NCBI GenBank assembly: GCA_964016885.1
Contig: OZ024741.1
Span: 9,114,001-9,178,000 of the forward strand
DNA: 64,000 bases
DNA from: Eledone cirrhosa
Lineage: Eukaryota
Reading direction: 5' to 3'
Below, in pieces: positions 19,723-33,582 of this stretch (within the stretch, counting starts at the first letter, position 1; every line of letters starts with the position of its first letter). The notes beneath the pieces are model-generated. The model was not told the origin of the DNA. It did not search any database and saw only the letters and a list, made by a program, of their open reading frames with translations. Both the position numbers and the translations under genes were made by a program.

Positions 19723-20004
19723 AGATTGGAGGCCATATTCAGTTAATTCAGGTTTATCTAAAACTCCGTTATACAAATATCACTGACGACTATCAGTTTA
19801 GATAGCCTGAGCTCTTCAGACGGCAAAACCTAAATTAAACGGTGAAAGTTTCTAAGAAACCATCAAATTTGGAAAAATCTAATAATTTGCCTGCAAAACC
19901 ATTTCTTTTGATGATACAGGAGCCGGCCGAACTCATGCTGTTGTTTCTCGACGGCCGGACCCCTGAACACCCACACCCCCCACACACACATACACATATA
20001 TATA

Positions 20005-20185
20005 TCGTGAGGTCGTGAGTTCGATTCTTGGACCGGGTGATGCGTTATGTCCTTGAGCAAGACACTTTATTTCACGTTCTTCCTTCTAACTGGAATTGCC
20101 ACCGATAAATATTATTAGCAATTTGTAAGACCAACGGAAACATTGCTTCCTCGGTCCAATTTGACGAAAGTTGATCCACTGTCGA
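20005..20185 (+). mobile_element. tRNA-derived SINE, family B, 5'-truncated
   Basis: GAGTTCGATTC B-box and ccttgagcaagacact; homologous to 55366-55580. Confidence 0.85.
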
Positions 20186-20327
20186 TATATATATATATAT
20201 ATATATTAAGTCGGACATGGTAAAGAAAGGAGGCAGGATTGTGAAATGCTGTGAGATGAGAGCATGACTATGTTCTATATGTATAATTGTGTTTAGGTGT
20301 TCTGATGGAGAATGGGGGACTGGGTGG

Positions 20328-20885
20328 TCATGTGTGTGTCTGGTTGAACGTGTGTGTGTGTCTGGTTGAAGGAGTGTGTGTTTCGTTGAACGTGTGTGTG
20401 TGTCTGGTTGAACGAGTGTGTGTCGTTGAACGTGTGTGTGTGTCTGGTTGAACGAGTGTGTGTGTCGTTGAACGTGTGTGTGTGTCTGGTTGAACGAGTG
20501 TGTGTCTGGTTGAACGTGTGTGTGTGTCTGGTTGAACGAGTGTGTGTCTGGTTGAACGAGTGTGTGTCTGGCTGAACGTGTGTGTGTGTCTGTTTGAACG
20601 TGTGTGTGTATGTGTGTCTGGTTGAACGAGTGTGTGTCTGGTTGAACGTGTGTGTGTATGTTTGAATGTGTGTGTCTGGTTGAACGTGTGTGTGTGTCTC
20701 TTTGAACATGTGTGTGTGTGTCTGTTTGATCGTGTGTGTGTCTGTTTGAACGTGTGTCTGTGTGTGTCTGTTTGAACGTGTGTGTGTGTCTGTTTGAACG
20801 TGTGTGTGTGTGTGTCTGTTTGAATGTGTATGTGTGTGTGTGTCTGTTTGAACAAGTGTGTGTCTGGTTGAACGAGTGTGTGTCT
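20328..20885. repeat. Compound minisatellite (GT)n-CTGGTTGAAC
   Basis: Many variable-length units seen directly. Confidence 0.92.
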
Positions 20886-20929
20886 ACCTGTGGCAAGGTG
20901 TATGTTAAGATTTAATTTAGCACAAATAT

Positions 20930-21630
20930 AAGATACATTTCTTTATTAGCCACAAGGGCACAAAAGAAGGGGACAAATACAAATGGGGAGTTTCCATACA
21001 GGTATATGAAAATAAAACTATTAATAAAACAACAAATAACAATTGAAATCCCCAATAGGGGGGAGGTGTTACACAGGTGTTGTACACACCCCGAAAAAAT
21101 GTACAACCCTCATCTCCAGGAGCACCAAGAGGGAGTACTCCCTTCCTCTCTTCCTCTTTTTCCTCAATCTACAGGCTTATATAGAGAGAAAGCCCAACCA
21201 CTCGGGCCATCTTTGCCACATTCACCCACCTTTTATAAAATTTGCTGGGGTACAGCACCTCTCTCTCCATCCTGATTCTTCTTCCAGAATGATATTTGAA
21301 AAAACGAATCAGTTGTTGGCCGGAGAGAAAGGTATCTGACCTCAGCCCTTTTAACCTCGTTCACCATATAACCTCTTTCACCATAGCCATAACACATAGG
21401 AAAACCGCCTCTCCCTCGTTTTTGAAGGAGGGTGGCGGTTTGATCATGACAATGGACTCGGTGGTCAACTGGATTGGTCCCACCCGCGACAAAAGTCGTT
21501 CTACATAGCCCCACAGGTCGGTAACGCCCGGGCAATGTACAAATGCGTGTGCGACGGTTTCCTCGTCGCGCACTCATCTCCCACAGATCTTTTTCGAAGG
21601 GTCCCTACCCGGGCGCCCGTGTCTGTATAA
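20930..21630 (-). mobile_element. L1/Tx1-type LINE 3' fragment (C-terminal zinc-finger region and 3' UTR)
   Basis: EETVAHAFVHC..V..LW...MVKEVIW motif; AATAAA near the 3' end. Confidence 0.75.
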
Positions 21631-21951
21631 GATAGACATTGCTACACTTGAGGGGGTGGTGGTCTCTTTATAATTATTTACTAGAAATACTTTAGTTTAT
21701 CACCTGAATGATTTCATCGAGGAAGATCTTCCCTGATAAGAACTGTTTTTCTTTTTGATATTTTACACACACACACATACATACACACAAACACGCACAC
21801 AGACACACAAATATGCACACACACACGTACATACATACACACAAACACGCACACAGACACACAAATATGCACACACGCACACGCACATGTACACACACAT
21901 ATTTATATATACAAACACAGACACACAATCACACACACAGACACAAATATG

Positions 21952-22073
<122 letters not shown>

Positions 22074-22481
22074 CACATATATCTATATCTATATATATAC
22101 GTACACACATACACACATATATCTATATATATATATACGTACACACATACACACATATATGTGTGTATATATATATACACACACTTATATATGTATATAT
22201 ATGTGTGTGTGTGAGACATATAGATGTAGGTAATTAGACAAAGATAAATGAAATGACTCCTCATCGCTGTTGCTACATTATTTGTAATTGGAGTGGAGCG
22301 AAACTGAAACAAAGGTCCATTTGAGAAGTAATGATGCAAGCAATAATTTAGGGGTCAATCAGTTGGTTTGAAGGTGTCGTTCCCGTGTCAAACAGTGTGG
22401 AATGTATTAATTAACAGGTAGCATCGTCTGGAACAATAACTCAATACTCAAATACATACATATAGACGTAAACTTTTATAT

Positions 22482-22561
<80 letters not shown>

Positions 22562-22676
22562 GTGTGTGTGTTGGTTTGTTACCGACGCTTCAGTATGCAC
22601 TCACCGAAGTACGCAGGTGCGTCTGTATACTCCGGATTAAATATATATACTATTATATATATATATCAATAAGAAA

Positions 22677-22999
22677 TGTAAGTGAACGGGTTAAAATTAA
22701 CTCCGTTTATCCATATTTGCTGTTATATATATTTCGGTGATAATCATTATTTAACAGCGATGACCTCCTCAGACAGCTAGAACTTGAACAGAAAAAAATA
22801 ACACCATACTTCGGGACTGGACATATCAAAAGATCGAAATAACAGAGGTAAATCTTTTTCCATTATTATGTTTTCTGTTTTTTTCTGTTCCAGTTCTAGC
22901 TGTCTGATGAGGTCATAGATGTTAAATAATGGTTATCACCGAAATATATATAACAGCGAATATAAATAAAGGAAGTTAATTTTCATCTGTTGACTTACA
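22677..22999. mobile_element. Fold-back mini-element with two inverted hammerheads
   Basis: Arms of ~125 bp. Plus 22899-22957 reads gctgt CTGATGA ggtc..cacc GAAA tatata TA acagc; minus 22719-22777 is the same fold with CTGAGGA. Confidence 0.85.
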
Positions 23000-23117
23000 G
23001 CCGGAGCTCAGCCTTTCGGGTCCTGACTATTTTCATATATATATATGGTCCACCTGATTACTTACCGTACTTCCTTCGTTATATATATATATTTATATAT
23101 ATATATATATATATATA

Positions 23118-23304
23118 TAACGAAGGACGTGTGGTAAGTAACCATGTGGACCATAACGCACCAAAGTACTCGATACTTAGGGTAGTAGAGTGGGTAATAG
23201 GAAAAGAGTCAGGACCCCGGCGGCAGAGCTCCGGCCGTTTCGACGAGTTCAGACTTAGCTGTCGAAATGGCCGGAGCTCAACCGTCGTTTTCCTGACTCT
23301 TTTC

Positions 23305-23310
<6 letters not shown>
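23118..23310 (-). mobile_element. Short palindromic element in (TA)n, family P
   Basis: Palindrome plus the tail tacccactctactaccctaagtatcgagtact. Other copies at 38117, 39120, 48116, 55131, 56389 and 62934. Confidence 0.85.
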
Positions 23311-23365
<55 letters not shown>

Positions 23366-23419
23366 GATTGGTCCTCCGAAATAGCGATGTATATATGAAT
23401 GTATGTATAGTATATTTGG

Positions 23420-23804
23420 AATATAACGAATGTTTAATTAAAAACATTTACAAGGCCTTACGCTATCAGTTTTAAAGTAGTGACTATGTCACTTACTTCT
23501 TTTCGGCGAAATAAGGGAGAGAAGCTGACAGTCTGTTTCACTCTGGTTGGCGTTCAACAGAGCCACGTACTCTCCTGCTTTCGCCGAAAATTATAGAAGC
23601 TGGATTCTTATAGAATTCCAGTAATAATCAGGATTTTCGGCGAAAGCAGGAAAGTACGTGGCTCTGATGATCGCCAACCAGCGTGAAACAGACTGTCAGC
23701 TTCTCTCCCTTCTTTCGCTGAAAAGAAGTAAGTGACATAGTCACTACTTTAAAACTGATAGCGTATGGTCTTCTAAATGTTTTAAATTAAACATTCGTTA
23801 TATT
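23420..23804. mobile_element. Fold-back mini-element with two inverted hammerheads
   Basis: Arms 23420-23591 and 23633-23804. Plus 23661-23700 reads gct CTGATGA tcgc caacca gcgt GAAA cagactg TC agc; the minus copy at 23524-23563 has CTGTTGA. Confidence 0.85.
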
Positions 23805-25261
23805 GCCAACTTCATACATATGCACACACTACCCACATATGCACACACGCATATGTATATATAATTATGAAACGAAGCTTATAGAATAGAATGGACACAC
23901 ATGGATAATTTTCTTCCTCACTCATTAATTCAATTAATTCTGTATTATTACAATATAAAACCAACAAACTATAGTATACACTTGTACGTTAACCAATGAG
24001 AGAAACGACTTGGTGTGGGCAGGAAATGGAGTGATCTAAACTATAATAAAGTAAGGAGTGCGGGACAGCATCCAGAATATATATTTTTTTATCCAGTTGT
24101 AAAATAAGTTGGATTGCTTTGAATAAATAATGAATAAATAATAAATAATGAATGAATAGTACATAATTTATCTACTAATTTTCATTATTCTTGATTAAAT
24201 ATAAATAATTTTGTTGCTTATTTAAAGATTCCCTTCTTTAATATGTTCAAATGTCACTTCCGGTTAGCGGCCGTTATATTATAACACTTATAAAAACATT
24301 CATATATTTCCGTCACTAATTTTCTCTTAATACAGTTTATATATAATATCGTCTATTTTTACTGTATCATGGATTACGTTACTGATTACATAAGACAATG
24401 TAACGCAGTCTTCGTTCAATTTCTGTGTATTATATATTGTCAATTACCATTTTATTTGATGTATCATATCTACATGTATATATACACATATATACATATA
24501 TATACATATATACATGTATAATAAATATCAATATACACACTACACATACAAGTATATATAAAGATTCTCTGGGAGTATTTCTCTGTCAAATGTTGTAATT
24601 TTCTGATTGAAATTTAAAATATTTAAACAAAAATACTTCTATAAATCTTGGTTTATTTAATTTTATGAGTAAATTAATATCTACGTGAATGTGTGTGTCT
24701 GTATGTGAGCACGTATGTGAATATGTGTGGTTGTGTATGTGTGTACGTGTGTCTATATGTGTACGTGTGCTTGTGAGCATCTGTGCGTGTGTATTTGTGT
24801 ATTTGTATGTGTACATATATGTGTATACGCGTGTGTATATGTGTATGTGAACGTGTGTGTGTGTATGCATGTATATGTGTATTTGTATACGTAAATGCAT
24901 GTGTGTACCTGTGTGTATATATGTGTACGTGGACGTGTGTGTGTACCTCTGTATGTGTGTAATTGTATACGTACATGTATATGTGTACGTGTGTGTATAT
25001 ATGTACGTGAGCGTGCGAGTGTGTGTATGTATATGCGTACTTGTATGTGTATGTATATGCGTACTTGTATGTGTATGTATATGCGTATATGTGCCTGTAT
25101 GTGTGTACATTTTTACGTGCGTGTGTTTGTATTTATGTGTGTATGTGAATTTATACATATATCTGTGTACTTGTGTGTGTATGTGTTTTGTATTGTAGAA
25201 ACCACTGGAGTTTAGTTGTATTCACAATACAACACTTCCACAAGAAACCCACGTGACTATA

Positions 25262-25402
25262 TAAATATCCTCGTATAACCCGCTACCCAGCTCTGATGTC
25301 AGCTGGTTCCACACAATATCCTCGTATAACCCGCTACCCACACTCCTTTGTCAGATGGTTCCTCACAATATTCGTGTATAACCCGCTACCCAGCTGGTTC
25401 CT
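25262..25402. repeat. Three-copy ~54-bp tandem repeat
   Basis: aatatcctcgtataacccgctaccca occurs three times, the third with small changes. Confidence 0.8.
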
Positions 25403-25490
25403 CCCCCCCCCATTAAATCGGGTGATCCGACCCCCACCATTAAAGGCCATAACATCTGATAAATTCCCCTCGCTGGCCTTCTACCAACGT

Positions 25491-25635
25491 GAAGGCACAT
25501 GGCTTAGTGGTTAGAGCATTGGGCTTGTAATCGAAAGGTTGTGAGTTAAATTCTCGGACCGGGTGATGTGTTGTTTCCTTGAGCAAGAAACTTTATTTCA
25601 CGTTGCTCCAGTTTACTCAGCTGTAGAAATGAGAT
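25491..25635 (+). mobile_element. tRNA-derived SINE, family B-related
   Basis: TGGCTTAGTGG A-box, tRNA-like head and ccttgagcaag. Confidence 0.85.
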
Positions 25636-25711
25636 GATAGGGACTGGGATCCCTATCATTAAATCACCCAAGACACCTCCAATGAGATATACCTTGCATA
25701 GGTGTGAGCTG

Positions 25712-25853
<142 letters not shown>

Positions 25854-25944
25854 CTACCGCCTTGTTTAGTGTTTAAGTAGTCTTGGTGACACGCCATTAG
25901 TACATTACTATTAGGTTGTCTTTTTCATTATAATTCCGTAACAT

Positions 25945-26108
25945 AGAGTTATGCCCCTTTACGTTCTGAGTTCAAATCCCGCCGAGGTTAGATTTGCCTT
26001 TCATCCTTTCGGAGTCGATGAAATAAAGTACCAGTCAGGCACTGGGGCCGATTTAATCGACTTTCCCCTCCCTTCAAATTGCTGGCCTTGTGCTTAAAGT
26101 AGAAATAA
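25945..26108 (+). mobile_element. tRNA-derived SINE, family A, 5'-truncated
   Basis: GAGTTCAAATCC B-box and the family body. Confidence 0.88.
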
Positions 26109-27009
26109 TTCCAATTCCGAACCACTTCTAGTTACCTCGGTAATAGGGAATGATATCTGAAGATGATTTACTTCTGGATATATTTCTATACAGGCTTCAT
26201 AATGACATCCTCAGTATAAACCGTATCCACACCGGAAACACCGCATTTCTAAAGTTTTTACTCTACGTATATCTTCAGATTTTAGAGTCCATTTCTCTGA
26301 TTGGCAGTTTGCGATTGAAAGAATGACGACATTGTAAAGCCTTTCATCTCATGCCTGCTTCAGATCGTATTTCTTCGTCTTCAAAGCGTTATAGATGATA
26401 GTGGGTCCCTTCTTTTCATGTCTCATTTTCCATTTGCCTTTCTACTACCGAGAAACAAACATGAGTTTGCATTACGCTCTATTTATTTTCCTGCCCCACT
26501 TTTTACATGTTTCGTTTAAACGTTTGATGGATGTTGTCAATTGTCAAAGATCGTGTATATTGGAGTTGTCAGTTGGATGACTTTTATAATAAAGTCCTGG
26601 ACGATGGGGAAAAAAGGGAGAGACAGCATGCGACCTTGTCTCAGATCCAGACCTATATGAAAGCAATCCATCTAGTGACCATCACTAACACGTGTCACTA
26701 CTCTATAACGTCTCTATATTTCTCATTATATAATGGACTATACCTATCGCTGTCATCATATATATATATATACACACACATACATACACATACTTGTACA
26801 CACACACATACATGCATATATATATATATATATATATAAACTCGTATTAGCACCTGAAGAAATTTTACTATTTTGATACTTCTTGTTTTCTTGAGGTATG
26901 GTCGTCAAATTTGAGTATCGAAATCTCTGGTAGCGCCTTTGTTTCATGTATGAACATAAATAAATAATACAATACGCACACACACAGACACACGCATATA
27001 TATATATAT

Positions 27010-27169
27010 ATCTAGGGCAGCTAAAATTCCCGTGATCCATGGACGAGTTCTCCCCACCGTTCCCTGTCCCTCATTATCGCTGCCATGTCCTGCGTCTCCA
27101 AGAGACCAGTGTCTGTCCTTAGGGCATCAACATATGTTAAACTCGTCTTCCTCTTCCAGTGTGTCCATG

Positions 27170-27170
<1 letters not shown>
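27010..27170 (-). mobile_element. RTE-type LINE 3' fragment
   Basis: Homologous to 38657-38820. Confidence 0.8.
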
Positions 27171-27244
<74 letters not shown>

Positions 27245-27261
27245 TTATTTATGTATATATA

Positions 27262-28190
27262 CTAGCAGCAGTACCCAGCGTTGCATGGGTAGGTAAAATA
27301 ATAGCTGCTTTGATGAAAAGATGTTGATCTTAGCGACTGTGAGTTTCTTGAAAATCGGTCGTAAGCTGTAGCGAATGGCGAAATGTTGAGTGAAATCGTA
27401 TGGAATATGTGGGAAGTGGGAAAAATCGTATTTTGAAGAGTTAAACGGCTGCCACGCCGTCCCTGAACAAAAAAGGCAAAGTGTAAAGCTACTATAAGAT
27501 GTGAAATGATAGGTTCTATCGTAGTATAAAATTTGAATCAAATAAATTGATTTATGTGTGAGATAGAGCCGAAGTTTCGAATTTGAACGAAATCGGTTGA
27601 AAAATGTGGGAGCTAGAGCCGAAAAGGCGGAAATCTGAACGAAAAGGTGGTATTTTCGAATATTTAAGCGGCTGCCACGCCGTTCCTGAACAAAAATTCC
27701 AAAATGTAAAGCCACTTTAAGACGTGAAATAATCAGATCTAGCATAGTGTAAAATTTGAACAAAGTAGCTTGATTAATGTGGGAGCTAAAGCAGAAAAAG
27801 TGGAAATTTGAGTGTAAAAGTGGTATTTTTGAATATTTAAGCGGCTGCCACGTCGTCCCTGAACAACAAATGCAAAATATAAAGGCATTCCAGGATGTGC
27901 AATGATAAATTCTATTTTGCTTTAAAATTTGAACGAAATCGGTGGCAAAATATGGGAGCTAGATGCAAAAGTTTTATTTTTCGATACCTAAAAAAAGGAT
28001 ACCCCCCCCCCCCCCCCCGCATATCGATTTTTATCTGCAGAATTACCCCGGAATAAAAAAAACCATACTCTGATATATAGAAAATACTCCCCGATGACTA
28101 ATCTATGAGCCTGTAAAGTTTCATGAAAATCGGTCGTAAGATGTAGGCCCCTATAGGTAATACACAGACACACAGACACACATACTTAAT
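27262..28190 (-). mobile_element. Non-autonomous Helitron-like element with three internal ~170-220-bp repeats
   Basis: Minus-strand 3' end is hairpin accca-tgcaacgc-tgggt, then 8 nt, then CTAG|T. cggctgccacg recurs at ~27447, 27668 and 27842. aaagtttcatgaaaatcgg and a cagaca repeat lie near the other end. Confidence 0.65.
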
Positions 28191-28320
28191 TTTACGTTTT
28201 TCTGTTTCATTTTCCCTTCCCCGTCTCTGCCTATCCTTCGCACTCACTCCTTCGTTCACTCCACCCCGCTTCACACACCTGCTTTCTCACCCCTCCCCCT
28301 GCTTTCACCCAACGCACACC

Positions 28321-28839
28321 ATGCCCAGCCTGAGATCCTTTCTCCACCAACTACATACTAGCCTCAAACTTTTCCTCACCCCCCTCCTCCCACCCTGCTA
28401 TCTCCCCTCTGCCCTTCAACACTCCTACCTTCTCTTCGCCAAAACCCGGCACTCCAGCCACATCCATTTCCTCAGCCACTGCCTCCGCCCCCACCTTATC
28501 CCCCTCGGCTTCCGTCTACACTTCCACCCTTCACCCGCCGCTGCCCCCTCCACGCAACGTATCCTCACCCGATCCTCACGCCTCCTGATGCGCAACTCCA
28601 CCCTCCGCCAACTTGACCACCAACTGACCCCCACCCTCCGCCAACTTGACCACCAACTGACCCCCACCCTCCTCCGCCTTAACTCCACCTGCCACCCCCT
28701 CCTCGCCCAAGCCATCCTCTCCTTCATCCAAAACCTCAACCACTACCTCTTCTCCTTCCTCAGCTCCACCAAAGCCCGCAAGCCACACTCACTCCTCCCA
28801 ACCACCCCCATCCACCACCACCCGCCCATTATTGATTAA
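28321..28839 (+). pseudogene. N-terminal fragment of a further Penelope-like ORF
   Basis: SHIHFLSHCL...LIPLGFRL resembles the PLE N-terminal FLxxC-x5-IP motif (compare PLE3 FLKRCLKNDVIP). Contains the internal duplication LRQLDHQLTPT twice. Confidence 0.6.
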
Positions 28840-29211
28840 TCTAGATTACTTAAATATTTATATGCTTAAATTATTTCCTTCGAGGTTATAAAAATGTGTT
28901 ATTATATGGTGAGATATTGTTTTATATTCTATGTACCTTTTTAACGTACGTTTAAACACTTTATATTTATTGTCCATTAAATATGCGTATATCCACACCA
29001 ATATATAATATATTTTAGTCATTTATCTTCTAAATTAAGTCAACATTCCACCTTAATTTAACTTCGTAAGCTTTTTATATTCTTTTATTTTTTTAAAATC
29101 TACACGTGGTTATGTTTAATCAATAGACCTTTATTTCACTTACTGAAGGGTTATAATTATATTTATTTCCATACTTTATTATTCTGATATTTAGAGTTTA
29201 AGGGTAATGAT

Positions 29212-31626
29212 CAAGGGCTGAAAAAAATTAATTGGTTAAACATTAATTGCAATTAATTGGGCTAATTAATTGATTGGAGATCCCCTTCCAATTAAAAAAT
29301 TGATTGTTTCGGGAAAAATTAATTGCAATTAATTGGGACATGGTTGAACATCATAGCTAGAAACGTCTTTTATTGAGAGAAAGAAAATTCTTTTTGTTAT
29401 TTATCCGGTTAACGGTTATAACTCTATAAAACCACGGTACCCTTTTAATTGCACTCTTATTCCGATCTTAATAGCATTTGGTTACTATTTCCCCGGCGTT
29501 ATTCTGATTATATTCTTGTCGTTCATTTTCTAAAATCTCGTAGCCGGAACGCGAGACAGAGGGTACGCCTTTCTGCGTGCACCTAAAATTATTTGCTTCT
29601 CAACACTGTTGATCCACTACCTTCGCATGTAGGTTTCTGCGTTCGATCTCCCCGGTGATAACTACTCATTCGCACGCCTCGTTCACAGAAGAATTCCAAA
29701 ACAACTTCCTTTTTAACGTTCTTATGTAATCACGATCACTAATCTAGATTTTAAGTACAGAGAAATATGTTTATGATTATATAAATGACCATGTCTTCAA
29801 ATAAACGAATCGTAAAAAGGTATTTCAATAGAATAGACGATGACACTGGCTTTTGGAAATGAAAATGCGGAAAAGAGTTAAGCCAAAAGAAAGGAACTGG
29901 TTTGAGTAATTTGATGAATCATGTCAAAAGCCAACATCCAGAGCACTCAAATTTACATTATCAAAATTTGTCACAGAAAATTCTTCTAAAAGTGGTACAG
30001 TGAGTCGTTCTGCATTAAACGTGTATGGCTGGATTGAATGGGTATGCGTTAGTTAAAACCGTTTTCTTTTGTTGAAGACCCATTAACTCGAAAGTATACC
30101 AATTTGGGCTCTATGGCCAATGTTACTCTGAAGAAATATATAAGTAAACTCACTTTAGAAGTAGAAAAAAAGATATCGAAAGAACTCCCAGGAAAATTCG
30201 CGCTCGTTATCGATGGTTGGAGTAAGGGGTCAACACACTTCGTTGGGCTTTTTGCCTCCTACCCTTGGAATGATAAAAAGGGATACCGGTCAGCTTTGTT
30301 ATCATTTTCACCACTGATGAACGAAACCTCATTCACTGCTTCCGACCACGTGGATTTTATTGAATACACGTTAAGTCTATACGAAAATAGCTTAGCATAT
30401 ATCATTGCGATTATTGGTGATAACGCTGAAGTCAATAAATCAATAGCGAAACTTTCTGGTACCCGTTTGATTGGTTGTGCTTCCCATAAATTTAACTTAG
30501 CAGTTTCTGCTTATTTAGAAAAGGAGAACATTTTGCTCAGTAAAATCAACGAGCTGATGGGAAAATTGAAATCTTTCAAACTTGCGGGCAAATTAAGAGA
30601 ACAGACAACCCCTTCAAAGAAATATGACTCGTTGGTCGAGTACATTTGATATGATTGAAAGGTTTATTCAAATTGACATTTTTGGGGAATTTTTTAAGGA
30701 CGACGCTAAACTCATTGATTATCTTTTGACACCTTGGGAACGCAAAGATCTTAGAAACCTGGAAGAGAATTTAGGAAAATACGTTACAGACGCTTTACAA
30801 CGAGAAGAAATTGCTTTGTGGGATGTTCGAGTTCTCTTTCATGAATTACTCGTCTTTTATTCATATGAAGAATTCAAAAATTCTTGCTGCCTTCGGCAGA
30901 TAGCGTTCATTGCTCTGATTTGGAGAAGGGTATTGTTAAAATACTTCAAAAATCAGAAGAAAAGCTGATGCGCTAGAAATACACGCTTTACACAGATTGG
31001 AATTCACTAAAATATCGAAAAATTCAGTCTCTTTAGTGGGAGACGATGATTTCGCTTCAATTTGTCTGAAGAACCGCAGAGTAAATGCAAATTTATCTAA
31101 TAAAGATCCAGATTGTAGATTTATTCTACCGACGTCAAATATAATAGAGCGTTTCTTTAGTTCAGCGGGATACGCTTTTAATGATTTTCGCCAAAGCTTA
31201 TCACCTTTGAATTTAGAAATGCAATTGTTTCTAAAGGCTAATCGTTCTTACTGGGATGAAGAATTGATGTCTACGATTTTCAATCAATCATAAATTGCTT
31301 TTTATTTGCAAATAGTTTCTTATTCATAGTTTAAATTAAATATTTTGCTAATTTCTCTCTCGAAATTACAAACCAAAACTTTTTTTTTTCATATTTCGAA
31401 TTTTTTTCTCTTTATTTTTGCATCATCGGAATCTCCTATGTTCAAAACATAGAAATCCGAAGAACATCCTGACCCCCCCCCCCCCCAAAAAAAAAGTAGC
31501 AAGAGTACGCTGCTGCAACAGCAATTAATTGCAATAATTGATTGGTTAAACAGACAAAATCCAATTAATTGATTGGTAAAATTTTAATTAATTGAGCATC
31601 GCCCAATCAATTACTTACAAGCTCTG
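29212..31626 (+). mobile_element. hAT DNA transposon, decayed, both ends present
   Basis: 8-bp TSD GTAATGAT at 29204-29211 and 31627-31634. Imperfect TIRs caagggctgaaaaaaattaattgg and cagagcttgtaagtaattgattgg. Subterminal AATTAATTG repeats at both ends. Confidence 0.92.
29791..31293 (+). pseudogene. hAT transposase (BED finger, DDE core, dimerisation domain), disrupted
   Basis: FWK*KCGK...NLMNHVKSQHP, LVIDGWS, GDNA, CASHKFNLAV, TRWSST and PTSNIIERFFS...LEMQLFL; several frameshifts. Confidence 0.9.
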
Positions 31627-31959
31627 GTAATGATAGTTTATGTACTATTAATTATTAATATTAATCTATATTTTATATATATTTTGTAAGCAGATATGAA
31701 ATGGTTTACAGACAATATAAACAAAAGGGAGATAACTCTTTTCAATATACAACATTATTTTTCCTTATAGGGAATATTTTTTCTCTCACCAAACGACTTT
31801 TTAAATTCTTCAACATATCCAATCTTTGTATCTTAATTAAAGTCCAATTAAGATATATATTAGATAGTGTACTATCCTGATCATTGCATAGGATAAAATA
31901 TATTGAATGTAGTTATGCTCTTACATATAGATATTTATATTTGTACTTCAATTAGGTAA

Positions 31960-32385
31960 ATCTGTATATATTCAAGGTGTTATTTGTCCGTATTTTTTTG
32001 GAAATGGTAAATTGTCTGGAAAGTCTTTCCGAATTTATGGAGACAAGAACTAAACACTTCCTTCCTTTTGTTAATTATTTTGTCGTGGTTAGTGATTATA
32101 TGAAATATTTCTTCATTACAGAGATAGCAAAATCCAGATACTGTAGAGTTTTGGTAAGCGATAGCATTTTTCAATTTCCTCCAAAAGATAGAGTATTCAA
32201 TGTTATTATCTTTTAGTGACCATACTAATTGTGATAGTGATGTTGAGAAATTTTTATTCGGTTTATTAAAAGTATGTTTATGATTATACCAACGGATACT
32301 CCAGATAAATACTGTCGAGTATTTCTAATCTGTTGTAAAAATGAATTCGTTGAATAATCAACGAACCATATAAACCTTTAGTCAT
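31960..32385 (-). mobile_element. Hydra-like PLE endonuclease C-terminal fragment
   Basis: FCYLCNEEIFHI...NKRKEVFSSCLHK matches PLE4 FCRLCVEEIFFI...FSSCRHR. Confidence 0.75.
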
Positions 32386-32781
32386 AAATATATATACATA
32401 TATATATATATATGTATATGTATAACCTGATATAGATTTCGGCCAGTATTGGCCCAGGCCACGTCTAACTTAATATCACCACCCGGTGAAGTTTTTCAAA
32501 TCAGGATTTGGACACCATGGCCCACTCAATTAGAGAGTTATTGTTACGGAGTCATATCCGGGTGTAGGAGGTTTATCCGAGATTTCTTGGAGGGATTTGT
32601 CCCTTTTTTTATTTTATGGGATCTGTTTCAGTTTTATGTGTTTTGGGGTAATGCTAAAGAGAGCGGGACTAGTTGAGCTGAAATAATTGTATGTCTGTAT
32701 AAATGTATATATGAAATAATTGTATGTCTGTATATATGTATATATGTATATATGTATATATGTATATATGCATGTATTACA

Positions 32782-33582
32782 CGCATATGGAAGGGATTAA
32801 TGATGAGAATAATATTTTTATAATTTATTTCTAGCATATAGTTACATAAATAGTCAACTTATATGTATAAATGACACAGAATTAAATGTATGAGTAAGTT
32901 TAGAGAAATAACTATTTACAGGGGCACATGTAGGGTTAGAACTCAGGATCTTGGGATTGGAAAGCAAATGTTTTTTTATTGTAGCAACATGACTGAGATA
33001 AAAAATGCATTGTGTGTATATTTCTGTGTAAATGTTTAAGAGTTACAGACATAGATATATATATATATATACAAACACACACTGCGTATTATTGTCGGAC
33101 ACCATGCTTTCCAGCATAGTTACGTCCCTTTACGGTCTGAGTTCAAATCCTGCCGAGGTTAACTTTGCCATTCATCCTTACGGGGTCGATAAAATAAAGT
33201 ACCAGTAATGCACTGGGAAAATTGCTGGCCTTGTGCCAAAAGTAGAAACAATTATTATGGTTGTTGTAAAATTTCCACTCCTCAGTTAGTGTCAGCAGAT
33301 AACATTTCTCAGGTGATCTAATACCTATTCATAACGGCAGATAGATGATGGGTGGCCCCTACTTTTCAGGACTCTTCGCTTCTTTTTATTTTCAAAAATT
33401 AGGTTACTTGCTACTTAAATTTTGTTGAATTTTTAAAGGTAACATTTGCCCCTGTAAATAGCTATTTCTCCAAAGTTATTCATACATTTAATCCTGTAAA
33501 TCATTTGTACATGAGTTGACCATTTCTGTAACTATATCCTTGAAATAAATTATATAAGTATTATTCTCATCATAAATTTCTT
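32782..33582. repeat. Diverged ~150-bp inverted repeat pair enclosing a SINE (33095-33255)
   Basis: 32782-32932 matches the reverse complement of 33441-33582, e.g. tatttacaggggca / tgcccctgtaaata. Confidence 0.75.
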
